The position numbers were made by a program, and so were the translations under genes. From Eledone cirrhosa (lineage: Eukaryota), in assembly GCA_964016885.1 (NCBI GenBank), contig OZ024742.1, positions 348,440,001-348,504,000 on the forward strand: a stretch of DNA of 64,000 nt, given 5' to 3'. Below the pieces are notes generated by a model, which worked only from the letters and a program-made list of their open reading frames with translations, did not search any database and was not told where the DNA came from. Of the stretch, positions 1 to 10,490 are shown piece after piece (the first letter of the stretch is position 1; the number at the start of each line of letters is the position of its first letter).

Positions 1-1550
1 GCTAAAAGTAAGCCGCTCTACCTGGCATTTGTCAATCTGGAAAAAGCCTTCGACAGAGTGCCCCGTGCTATAATCTGGTGGCCTCTTAGAAAACTAGGAG
101 TAGATGAATGGCTTGTGTAAGCTGTACAAGCCATGTATAGGGGAGCAGTCAGCAAAGTTAGAGTTAACAATGACTATAGTGAGGAATTTAGCATACAGGT
201 CGGTGTCCACCAGGGCTCTGTTCTTAGCCCTCTTCTATTTATTATAGTATTGCAGCTATAAAAGAGTTTAAGACCGGATGCCCATGGGAACTTCTGTACA
301 CTTATAGCTGAATATATGGCGGAACTAAAGAAGAAATTCCAAAAATGGAAGAAGGGACTAGAAAGATGGGGGTCTCAAAGTCAACATGACAAAGACTAAG
401 GTCCTCGTAAGTAGACAAGAAAACAGAACCTAGATCCCCTCAGGGAAATGGCCTTGCTCAGTTTGCAGGAAAGGTGTAGGTAGGAATACCATCCTCTAGC
501 CCAAATGCAAACTATGAGTACACAAGAGATGTAGTGGGATCTCAGGAAGCTTAGTTAGGAATGTAGGCTTTACAAGTAGCAGCTACACAGGGACAGTAAG
601 CAGCAACCAGCCACAGGAAACAAGCACTACCAAATTCTGGGAGTGCTCTGTAGAAACAGTAGACAGCTTCTGCTACCTAGGTGACCGAATTAACCACAGA
701 GATGGGTGTTCTGAAAGTACAGTAACCAGGGTAAGAATGGGGTGGAAGAAGTTCATGGAGTTACTGCCACTGCTAGCTGCAAAAGGCTTTTCCTGCAAAA
801 TGAAAGGCAGACTGTATGATGCGTGCATGCGAACAGCAATGTTGAATGGTAGTGAGACCTGGGTGCTGTGTGTAAAAGACTTGTATAGATTAGAAAGAAA
901 CGAAGCTTGCATGCTTCGATGGATGTGTAATAGTAATATAAGCGACTGGCAAAGCTTAAACGAATTGAGAGAGAGACTGAGCATAAGAGGAATCAATGCT
1001 GTGTGCAGGAGAGGAGGATGCATTGGTATGGACATGTGATACGTATGAATGATGACAGTTGCATAAAAAGGGGAAGAACACTAAAAGTTGATACAAGCCA
1101 TGGAGTGGGGTGATACAAGAAGACGTGGGGTGCGGTGATAAAAGTGGACCTTACCTAATTGCACCTCTAAACAGCGATGACACAGGATCGTGACCTCTGG
1201 CGTCACGCAGTAATACAGAAGAATCGACTTCCCACGGGAACAAGCGTAAGCCGAAGCATATAGACAATATACCCCGATGCCCTCCCACTGCAAAGTGGTC
1301 GTGGACAACAAAGCACCCAGACCACACTGTAAAGTGGTCATGTAGGCACCATGAAAAAAAAAGTACCCAGCACTCACTGTAAATGAGGTTGGTATTAGGA
1401 AGGGCATCCAGCTCTAGAAATCAAGCCAAAATCAGTTCCAGTATGAGCAAGGCAAGGTCACCCGACCTAACATTACCCACAGCAGGACAACCCGTCTAAC
1501 CCATACTAGCGTGGAAGAATGGACGTAAAACGGTGATGATGATGATGATG
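1..1550 (+). mobile_element. Degenerate RTE-clade LINE, 3' half (RT C-terminal part, thumb, 3'UTR, (GAT)n tail); runs off the window start
   Basis: Frame 1 reads AKSKPLYLAFVNLEKAFDRVPRAIIWW...QVGVHQGSVLSPLLFIIV (RT motifs). Later it reads GWKKFMELLPLL..KGRLYDACMRTAMLNGSETW, typical of the RTE thumb region. There are many stops and frameshifts, and YADD is deleted near 295-305. It ends GGACGTAAAACGG(TGA)n at 1521-1550. Confidence 0.9.
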
Positions 1551-1574
1551 ATATATATATATATATATATATAT
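1551..1574. repeat. (AT)n microsatellite directly after the RTE tail
   Basis: atatatatat... read directly. Confidence 0.95.
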
Positions 1575-1699
1575 GGGCCTTCCAATTTCATTTTACATTA
1601 TTTACATATCAGTGTATATTTTAATTATTTAAAAATTACTTTTAAGTGAACGTGACCCAACGAGTCACGGGTGGTCTAGTTTCTTAATAAAAATGTAAT

Positions 1700-1875
1700 T
1701 CGTTGTAGAGCCTGTAGCAGTGGAGACTTTCGGCGTTTTTGGCCCCTGGGTCACAACCCTACTCACTGCTATTGGAGCGGAGTTGGTTGCCCGCAGGTGC
1801 AAGCCCCGTGAGGTGGAGTGGCTGTTCCAGCACGTCTCCCTCGCCGTCCTCTGGGCAATGTATTCTCCATCCTGT
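1700..1875 (+). mobile_element. Remnant of the C-terminus of a CRE-like (restriction-like endonuclease) non-LTR retrotransposon
   Basis: EPVAVETFGVFGPWVTTLLTAIGAELVARRCKPREVEWLFQHVSLAVL then, after a frameshift, GNVFSIL. This resembles the remembered CRE C-terminal pattern P.AVET.G.WG...QR.S.AIQRGNA.SIL. Confidence 0.55.
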
Positions 1876-1984
1876 TGGTGGTCGAGAGTAAGAGGTGGAG
1901 GGTAAGTTAATTGGAGGTGGAAGATGCTAGTTCTCATGTCACATATTTCCTCTTCACATCCCACTTTCACTCATTCTATGTATT

Positions 1985-2190
1985 GTGAATTGGCAGTATC
2001 ACTAGAGTGTCGGACAACATGCTTGCATCATAGAGGCATGGCCCTTTACTTTCTGGGTTGAAATGATGCCGAGGTTGGCATTACCTTTCATCCTTGCGTG
2101 GACAATAAAATAAAGCACCTGCAATGGATTGGGGTCGATTTAATCAACTTTTCCCTTCTCCCAAATTGCTGGCCTATAGTAGAAATCATT
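1985..2190 (+). mobile_element. Decayed tRNA-derived SINE (cephalopod type)
   Basis: A-box-like TGGCAGTATCACTAG and B-box-like GGTTGAAATGATGCC. Body TTACCTTTCATCCTT..ATAAAATAAAGCACC..TGGGGTCGATTTAATCAACT..CCCAAATTGCTGGCCT matches my recollection of an abundant Octopus SINE. No search was run. Confidence 0.6.
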
Positions 2191-2204
2191 CTGAGGGCGA
2201 TATG

Positions 2205-2210
2205 AAAAAA
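2205..2210 (-). terminator. RNA polymerase III terminator (T6) for the tRNA-Leu gene
   Basis: AAAAAA on the + strand gives TTTTTT 7 nt downstream of the tRNA 3' end on the - strand. Confidence 0.8.
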
Positions 2211-2217
2211 GAACTAT

Positions 2218-2299
2218 TGGCAGTGGTGGGATTCGAACCCACGCCTCCAAAGAGACTGGTGCCTAAAACCAGCGCCTTAGACCACTCGGCCACACTACC
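2218..2299 (-). tRNA. tRNA-Leu, anticodon TAG, 82 nt, intronless, long variable arm
   Basis: Reverse complement is GGTAGTGTGGCCGAGTGGTCTAAGGCGCTGGTTTTAGGCACCAGTCTCTTTGGAGGCGTGGGTTCGAATCCCACCACTGCCA. Acceptor stem GGTAGTG/CACTGCC, anticodon stem CTGGT/ACCAG with loop TT-TAG-GC, T-loop GTTCGAATC, discriminator A. Confidence 0.96.
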
Positions 2300-2551
2300 A
2301 GCTGTTGAAAACAATACTCAATTATCATATTTGTATATTAATAATAGAGTCACAGTGGATGTGTTCATCTTCCAACAATGTTTCACTACAAATCACTCAA
2401 CGGAATAAGATTCTCCATTCCATATCTGTTATTTTTATATTGTTTAGTTCCAGGTTACTCGAGATTAAAATATAAATTTATTCAGATCATATTTCATTTT
2501 AAGACCACAAATAACGGCCAAATATCACACACACAGACACACATATATACA

Positions 2552-2626
2552 TATCTATTTAAACTTCCCCCTTTGTATTTGTCCCCTTCTTTTGTGCCCC
2601 TGTGGCTAATAAAGAAATATATCTAT
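2552..2626 (+). repeat. Left copy of a 75-bp direct repeat containing a ~60-bp Tx1 3'-end stub (with AATAAA)
   Basis: Identical to 8850-8924 except for 1 base. Homologous to the Tx1 3' termini at ~8735-8795 and 16157-16214. Confidence 0.9.
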
Positions 2627-2831
2627 TGACCGGACTTGTGGTAGATCGTCGGTAAGTTTTTTGTAAAATTTTCTATACAAAAACAGAATTTATTGTGTGA
2701 AAATTTATATTGTTTGATAGATTAACACGCAGGCTGAATTGTCGGCTGGGTGGTAATGTCAGTTTTCGCCCCACAGGGGCGGATATTTTATTTGAAAAAT
2801 TTTCAAAAATTTAATATTTTTGCTATCGATA

Positions 2832-4882
2832 ATGGCTAACTTAGTAGAAGCAACGCTACCGAACGCTGACGAAGAAAGTAGAGAGAGAGAAATGCAGAGA
2901 GTAACGTTGCCGCAATTTCTGCCTACATAGGCGTCACTATGGAGACAAATAGTGACAATAAAGTTTTGTTTTGCCAAGAAGCCGAAAAATGCAACTTACA
3001 AGATGGACCACACAGCTTACAACAGACATTAAAAACCACAAAAAATGAAACAATAGACACAACTACAAACGGAAAAACCGACAACCACAACAACAACAAC
3101 AATACCAAAAAAATAACTTTTACAGAAACAGTCACAAATAATAATAATATCGTTAGCTCTAACTTCGCATGTATTGGCGTCACCATGGAAGCCAATATGG
3201 ACAAGATCGAACCACACAGTGTACAATAGACACCAAAAACAACAGAAAAAACAACAGAAAATAAAATCATTGTCACAACTACAAACGGAAAAACCGACAA
3301 CCACAACAACAACAATAACAACAACACCCAAAAAAACTTTTACGCAAACAGTCATCAAGACACAAGAGTTCAAGGATCTCGATATCTCCAATGCGAAACA
3401 GATGCTCTCTGAAGCAAAGGAGTTTATCACTTTCGATGAAAACGGTGGATTTCAAATAAACTCACCCCCAGAAATTCGCCTGGAAACATTTCGAAGGACA
3501 ATTACCTTCAGAACTGTTTCAAATGAAACAAAACGACCAGCATTCCTTAGTCAAGGGGAAATTGAGGCAACCTTGAAGGAGATATTGCCAGACATTGACT
3601 TTATGTAGAGGGCCAAACAGTACGGGAGTATTTTAGTACTCCTCAAAAAAAGAGGCCCTCGCACAAAGATACTCAGTGACGTCAATACTGTCAAAAAAAT
3701 ACACCTTTTTCCCTACATACATGGGAAAAAGGACACAAAAAATCAGAATTACAAACATACCACCAAATATTAATATTTGGTGGATATTGGCAGGATTTTT
3801 AGAGGAGAGAAAAGACACCATTCTCTCCATCAAAAAGTCGACCAGACACACCTTGTCTGGTACAAATTTGTAGATTCTGGTGCAAATGAGCCCGGAAAGA
3901 ATCTCCAAAATACCAGAAAAAGTGCTGGTTGACAACAACAGCCGCATCAGCATTTCGGTTGAGGGACGAAAACCACATTGCTTTCGTTGCAATAGCACCA
4001 CACACCTAAAGGCCTCCCGCCCTTTACAAACACGTTCAACCAAAACAATACAAAAGAAAACACTGTTACCAACACCAACACCAAAATAACCGCCACCACA
4101 ACAACAACAACACACGAAACAAACAAGCACACCAAAACAAACAGCCACTCAACCAACGACAACAGAAAAAACACAGACAACACCCCTGAAGAACACAGCC
4201 CCACCCCACCCCACTCCATCAAACACTACCACAAACACACACACCGAAACACCACCACCACACAACATACCCCTACCCCACACCCCTGACGACGATTATT
4301 CATCAACAGATGAGGCTGCTTCTCCTTCTTTAAGTGAAGAAGGAGAGCCTCGGAAATCTAAAAAACAAAAAAAGAGACACCACAAAACCTCCAAAACTCC
4401 AATCACCAACACCAACACACAACCACAGACACAAACAACAACACAAACAACACCGCAGTCAAACATCCCCCTACCAGCAAAACCAACACCAACAACACCC
4501 CAAACACAAGCACCCACCATAAAAAGAAAACTCCAGGACGAACAACAAACTAAAACAACATAACAAAAACACAAACAACAATACGCATACATCAACACAA
4601 ACAACAAGAGTTTGATGGAGGTCATCTCCCAAAACCCCAAGGTGGAGACGGAGGGCAACACTTTTGTCAAAGCAGAATCGTCTCCACACCTTAAACTTAT
4701 AAGGGTTTCTATGGAGACCTATAGTGACCTGAAAAAATTTTTTTCGCAGGACGTGGGCAACCCCTGCCAGAAACCCATCAACCACATCCTGCTAAAATGT
4801 TTCTCCACCCAACCCCACCCAACACCCCTCCATCACCCAAAAGGAGATTGAACAACCGGATCTCCAGGAAACGAAAAGGTAA
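2832..4882 (+). pseudogene. ORF1 (gag-like nucleic-acid-binding protein) of Tx1 copy A, frameshifted
   Basis: Fragments align with copy C ORF1: FQINSPPEIR..TFRTVSNETKRPA, YTFFPTYMGKRTQKIRI, and zinc knuckle CFRCNSTTHLKAS. Ends KEIEQPDLQETKR* versus MEIVQPDTRDAER* in copy C. Confidence 0.85.
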
Positions 4883-4924
4883 ATGCACCTTTTCGTCCTT
4901 TTTCTCCAACTCTTCTTCATCAAC

Positions 4925-7900
4925 ATGGCTAGTTTACGAGTGGGAAGCGTGAATGTGCGTGGCCTAGGGATGCCCTGGAAACAGGGCCAACTTTTAAACG
5001 ACCTTAGGTCACACGGTATGGATGTGATAGCCATCACCGAGTCCAGGATACACAACAGGCAGCAACTAACCCCCATCTTCAACGACTTTGAGATCTACGC
5101 ATCTCTCTTTCAGCCAGGAGGTGGAGAGGGAGTGGTTGTCATGCTTCGGAAGAACCTGGACGTCGAAGTGCAGCAAGTACACTGGACCCGGAGGGTAGAC
5201 TGGTAGTCCTAGACGTGAACAGTATTGGAGGTGGAGCCTTCAGACTGGTGGCCGTTTATGCTCGACCGGGCAATCGCAATTATGGCCAGACTTCTTTAAG
5301 TGTCTAGAGTCTTTTCTAGGAACGTCTCGTTCCTTACTTTTAGTGGGGGACTGGAATGGTATCCTAAATGCACGATGGGACTATGTGGGAGATGTCCCAG
5401 TAGAGGGGGGTGCAGCAGCCTCAAAACGTTAATTGGCCAATTCCAACTGGCCGATAGGTATCGACTGGATTTCTCGACTGCACCACAGTGGACGTGGGTA
5501 AACCGCAGCGGGTCATCTAGATCGTATTTAGATAGGTTCTTCATTAGAGAAAGGGACAAGAAGATGTTAAGCTGTCCACGAATGCACATGGTTGCCTATT
5601 CAGATCACAAATTAGTCGTCTGCATAGTCAACCGTGATAGAACACATAGACAGGGATCCGGATACTAGAAGCTGAACGTGTCGTTGCCGGCACGTAAAGC
5701 TTACAGTGAACGGATAAGTAGACTAGTCAAGCAACAGTTAACGGGAGCCATCGTCAATAATAGATGGAAAGCAATTAGAGTAGAATCGATAGGGTTTAGC
5801 AGATAGTTAGCCTTAGAGAAAAACAAAATAGAAAGAGAACTAGTAGCCAAGGTAGAGGAGGCACTTAGAAGTGGCAACGCGGCTAGAGTGTTAGCGTCGA
5901 GAACGGCACTGGACCAGTTCTTCGATGCGAAACACGAAGGCTGCGTGGTCAGAAGCAAAACACATGCTCTAGGAAACGAAGGAGCGAAAGCTGTCAGCTG
6001 GGCCAGAGTGGTGGAGGCAAAAAGTGGCAACAAGTTCACGATTCCGTCTTTAAAAGACCAAAACGGACGCGTGCTACTTGACCCCAAGCAAATGTGCGCG
6101 GCCTTTTAGCAGCACTTTGCGCGACTGTTTGAGCAGAACGTTGGTGAGCCGAACGGGGCAATGGACTTTAGTTCATCATCATCATCATTCGTCGACTACT
6201 GTCGAGATGATGGATCTCACTCTCATGCCCCAGAATTCCCTGTCCCCCATCGCCGCCCCCAGGTCCTGTCTACTGATTCCCGTATCCCTAGAGATAACGT
6301 CAGGGAATGACAGCTTCCTACTCCTAGTCAGGCTGGAGTCAGGGTTCCAGAGCAAGTGAGCGGATATGATTTCATTGCTGGCACGGTGACAGTGGCCAGC
6401 AAATTGAGCTTTCCGGGATTTTAGTTCATACCTCGACGGCCTGCCGCGTCTCTCGAATACGGACGCCGATTTCTGCGAAAGACCGATCACGGACACTGAG
6501 ATACGGGACGCTCTGGGCCGCTACGGGAAACGCAAGTTACCTGGTCTAGATGGTCTACCCTATGAGTTTTACATAGGCATGCCGGACTTGTTCTCTCGCG
6601 TGCTCGAAGCCGTCTACTGCAATTGGCAGTAGAACGGGAGAATTCCCAGTTCTGCAGGCTAGGGCATAGTAACGCTGATCAGGAAAGACGAGAACAAGGG
6701 GAACGAAATTAACAACTTCAGGCCCATAACTCTGCTCAACACAGAGTTAAAGATTTTGGCCAAGGTGCTAGCGACGAGGTTGGTGCTTGTCGTCGAGAAC
6801 CTGGTAGGGAAAGCGCAAACATCTGCAATCCCGACCAGGTCCATACACGACAACCTCCACCTCATGCGATACACCATAGAGAGGGTGGGTAGTAAACCCG
6901 GCTTCGGTGGGGCTCTGATCAATTTGGACAGTCTAAGGCATTCAATAGGGTCGACCATCGATACTTGGAAGCGGTTCTCAAGGCGGCCGGTTTCGGTCCC
7001 GTTTTCAGAGGCTGGATCGAGGCGATGCACACCAGCATCTGCTCGAGGGTAAAGGTGAACGGTTACTTATCGGACCCGTTCGCAATCCCGCGTTCCATTC
7101 GAAAGGGATGCCTTCTCTCCTCCATTCTGTATGTATTGACTCTAGAGCCACTACTGCGGTAATTGGAGCTGTTGCAGGGCATCCCTCTAGAACCGGGACT
7201 GCGCAAAGCGGCGTCGGCTTATGCCGACGACGTGACGGTAATGGTGTCGAGCACCTCGGAAATCGGAGTGATCGGCAACTTACTGAAAGAATATGAAACG
7301 CTGACGGGAGCAAAACTAAACCCGGACAAGTCTGTCGGTTTGCAACTCGGTACGTGGAGAGGTAAGCCAATGACGTCCGACAGCGTCGTTGGATGCTGGG
7401 CTGACAGACCGGTGAAATTGCTCGGGGTCTGGTTCAGTCCAGACCTCCAGGTGGAGAAAAACTGGAACGAGGTCACGGCCATGGTGTTTGCGCTTACCCA
7501 GAAGTAGGCAGAGTGCAAACTGTCCTTGAAAGGTCGAGCGGAGGTGGCAAACACTTTCATAGCATCCGTCATCTACTACCGCTTGACTACCGTGCCTTGT
7601 CCCCGTGAACACCTCGCCAAGATGGAACGCATGCTCTTCCAGTTTCTGTGGAAGAAGCAGGCTCCGCTGGTGAGGAGATCCGTCTGCTGTCAGCACCCTT
7701 CCAACGGAAGGCTGGGAATGCCGTGGCGGATGGTGTGCAAACATGCGCTGAGGCTGCGGCATCTCCAGGTATTCCTCACCGACCCCCAACCGGCGTGGGC
7801 ACCGTTTGTGAGACAGGCTTTCCCGCAGCTCGTCTCGCTGACGGAGCTGCAGTCCTGGGTCATGAAAAGACCGAAAAAGATGGGTGCCTGGCACATTGAA

Positions 7901-8562
7901 TGCGCTCAGGCGCTCACAGTCCCCTGGCAAGCGGGCACAGCAATCAGTGGAGACTCCACTTCGACATTCTATAGAGGGATTGTACGTTACAAGGGCGACG
8001 ACGTGCTCGGAGAGACTCTGGGCGTCGAAGACGATGAGCTCACCAGTCTGTTTGCTAGAACTTTCCGCCCGGGACCTATGGACAACCTCCAGAGGTCCCT
8101 GGCCTGGCAGTGCTAGCGAGGAGCTCTACCAGTTCGTAACAAGATCTACAGGCACGGACTCCCTGGCAGGGATCCTTCCAAGAGGACGTGTCCAAGATGC
8201 GCGCAGGACATTGAAACCGTCCTGCACGCAATTCTACACTGCCCGGGCGTAACTGACCTGTGGAACTATGCGGAACTGCTGTAGTGTATGGGACAGATCC
8301 AGTTGACTGCCGAGTCCATAGTAAGGATCAAACCGCCAATTTCTTTCAAAAACGAAAGAGAGGCGGTTTTCCTCTGTATAGTGGCTATGGTGAAAGAGGT
8401 TATATGGTGGACGAGATTGAGAGGACTGAGGACAGATACCACTTTAGAAGAAGAATTAGAATGGAGAGAGAGGCACTGCACCCCAGTAAATTTACTGTAA
8501 GGTGGGTGAATGTGGCAAAAATGGCCCGAGCGATTGGGCCTTCTCTGTATATAAACTTGTAG
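4925..8562 (+). pseudogene. ORF2 (APE endonuclease-reverse transcriptase) of Tx1 copy A, multiple stops and frameshifts, interrupted by an RTE insertion
   Basis: MASLRVGSVNVRGL, GDWN, SYLDRFF, YSDHKLV, FRPITLLNTELKILAKVLA, SAYADDVTV, CPRCAQDIETVLHAILHC, and C-terminus GPSLYINL*. Confidence 0.92.
6177..6415 (-). mobile_element. 5'-truncated RTE-type LINE 3' end nested in Tx1 copy A, with a 14-bp target-site duplication
   Basis: Minus strand reads RKAQFAGHCHRASNEIISAHLLWNP...SFPDVISRDTG...AMGDREFW...* followed by an (ATG)n tail. Flanked by GGACTTTAGTTCAT (6163-6176) and GGATTTTAGTTCAT (6416-6429). Absent from copy C at the homologous site (~13763). Confidence 0.88.
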
Positions 8563-8794
8563 GTTGAAGAAGACAGCAAAAGGAAGAAAGGAGCACTTGC
8601 ACAACACGCTCCTGAAGTTGAGGGTTATTCTATCGACGGAGTATTAAACAACCCATTTGTGGCGCCTCCCCACTATTGGGGATTTCAATTGTTATAATTG
8701 TTTGTTTTATATTTTTTACATGATTGTATGTAAAATCCCCGGCATGTCTTTGTTTTGTCCCCTTTTCTTGTGTGCCCTTGTGGCTAATAAAGAA

Positions 8795-8795
<1 letters not shown>

Positions 8796-8856
<61 letters not shown>
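8796..8856. repeat. (CTAT)n microsatellite at the 3' junction of Tx1 copy A
   Basis: About 15 perfect CTAT units read directly. Confidence 0.95.
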
Positions 8857-8924
8857 TTAAACTTCCCCCTTTGTATTTGTCCCCTTCTTTTGTGCCCCTG
8901 TGGCTAATAAAGAAACATATCTAT
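8850..8924 (+). repeat. Right copy of the 75-bp direct repeat / Tx1 3' stub
   Basis: Matches 2552-2626 at offset 6298 with one mismatch. Confidence 0.9.
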
Positions 8925-8968
8925 CTATCTATCTATCCACATGTCTCTGTCTGTCTCCCTGTCTGTCA

Positions 8969-10425
8969 TCTGTCGGTTTGCAACTCGGCACATGGAGAGG
9001 CAAACCCATGCCTTCCGACACTGTCGTTGGACGCTGGACGGAAGGACCAGTGATATTACTCGGGGTCTGGTTTGGTCCAGACCTCCAGGTGGACAAGAAC
9101 TGGAACAAGGTCACAGCGAAGGTGTTTGCACTCACCTAGAACTGGGCTGAGTGCAAACTCTCCTTGAAAGATCGAGCGGAGGTGGCGAACACTTACATAG
9201 TGTCCGTCATCTACTACCGCTTGACAGTTGTGCCTTGTCCCCGTGAATACCTCACCAAAATGGAAAGCCTACTCTTTAAGTTCCTCTAGAAGAAACAGGC
9301 TCCATTGGTGAGGAGATCCATCTGCTGTCAACACCCTTCTAACGGAGGGCTGGGTATGCCGTGGCTAATGATGCGCAAACACGCACTGAGGCTACGCCAT
9401 CTCCAGGTATTCCTGACCGGTGAACCGGTGTGGCTGTCGTTTGTGAGACGAGCTCTTCCACAACTCGTTTCACTAACAGAGCTACAGTCCTGGGTCAAGC
9501 GAAGACCAAAAATAGGTGCATCGCACCTTGAGTGCCTACAGGCGCTCACAGCCCTCTACCAAGCGGAAACGCCATCAGCGGAGACTCCACTTCGACATTC
9601 TATAGGGAATTATTGGAGATTAAGTGTGACAACGTTCTCGGGGAAACTCTAGACATCGAAGAGGACGAACTGACCAGTCTGTTCGGGAGGACTTTCTGTC
9701 CAGGGCCTATGGATAACTTCCAGAGGTCTCTGGCCTGGCAGTGCTACCGAGGAGCTCTACCAGTTTGAGAGAAGATCTACAGGCACGGACGCCCTGGCAG
9801 AGATCCTGCCAAAGGACTTGTTCAAGATGCGAGCAGGACATCAAAACCGTTTTGCACCTAATTGTTCAGTGCCCAGGGGTGACCGACCTGTGGAATTATG
9901 TCGAACAGCTGCTGTCACGTGTGGGACGCATCCAGTTGTCAGCTGAGTCCATCGTGAGGATCACCCGGCCGCCTTCATTTAAGAACGAAGGAGAGTCGGT
10001 CTTCCTCTGTCTGGTGGCTATGGCGAAAGAGGTAATATGGTGGACGAGGTTAAAAGGACTGAGGGCAAACAGCTTTCTCTCCGGACAACAACTTATCCCC
10101 TTCTTTAAATATCACTTCAGTAGGAAGGTGAGAGTGGAGAGAGGGGTGCTATACCCCAGTAAATTCACTGAAAGGTGGGTGAATGTGGCGAAAATGGCCC
10201 GAGTGAATGGGCCTTCTCTGTATATAAACCTGTAGGTTGAGGAAGATAAACAGAAGGAAGAAGGGAATACCTACAAAACTTGTTCCTGGTGTTGAGGGTT
10301 GTTCTATCCACGGGGTGCAAAACAACCCCGCAGTAGCGTCCCCCCTCCTTAATCGGGATTTCATTTGTTTTATTTTTATATACTTTATTGTTATTTATCA
10401 TTGTTAAAGATTTTATGTAACCCCC
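8969..10425 (+). mobile_element. Tx1 copy B, 5'-truncated (ORF2 C-terminal third plus 3'UTR), degenerate
   Basis: Starts at SVGLQLGTWRGKPMPSD, contains CSRCEQDIKTVLHLIVQC, and ends GPSLYINL* at 10235. Several stops and frameshifts. The 3'UTR is homologous to copies A and C but lacks the final ~55 bp. Confidence 0.92.
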
Positions 10426-10428
10426 CCC

Positions 10429-10463
<35 letters not shown>

Positions 10464-10490
10464 ACTATCTATCTAACTCTCTCTATCTCT
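10421..10490. repeat. Compound C-run/(CT)n/(TA)n/CTAT microsatellite between Tx1 copies B and C
   Basis: Read directly. Confidence 0.9.

Larger units (their letters stand above)
2627..8849 (+). mobile_element. Tx1/L1-clade non-LTR retrotransposon copy A, full length but degenerate
   Basis: 5'UTR, broken ORF1, broken ORF2 (APE endonuclease, RT with YADD, C-terminal Cys/His motif), and 3'UTR ending AATAAAGAAA followed by (CTAT)n. Colinear with copy C (10491-16214). Confidence 0.93.

Noticed and set aside
1286-1395. Three short repeats of CACTG(C/T)AAA(G)TG in the RTE 3'UTR as a separate regulatory array
   Set aside because: Short tandem repeats are common in RTE 3'UTRs, and there is no independent evidence of function.
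2124-2408. 94-aa ORF containing VVGFEPTPPKRLVPKTSALDHSAT
   Set aside because: This is the antisense translation of the tRNA-Leu gene, a common annotation artefact.
2759-4785. Hydrophobic 'membrane protein' ORFs on the minus strand (also 10756-12251)
   Set aside because: They are antisense shadows of AAC/ACA-rich ORF1 sequence, which translates to Val/Leu/Cys runs.
2552-8924. 75-bp flanking repeats as LTRs
   Set aside because: There are no TG..CA termini, PBS, PPT, protease or integrase. The enclosed element is an APE-type LINE, and the repeat is homologous to its family's 3' end.
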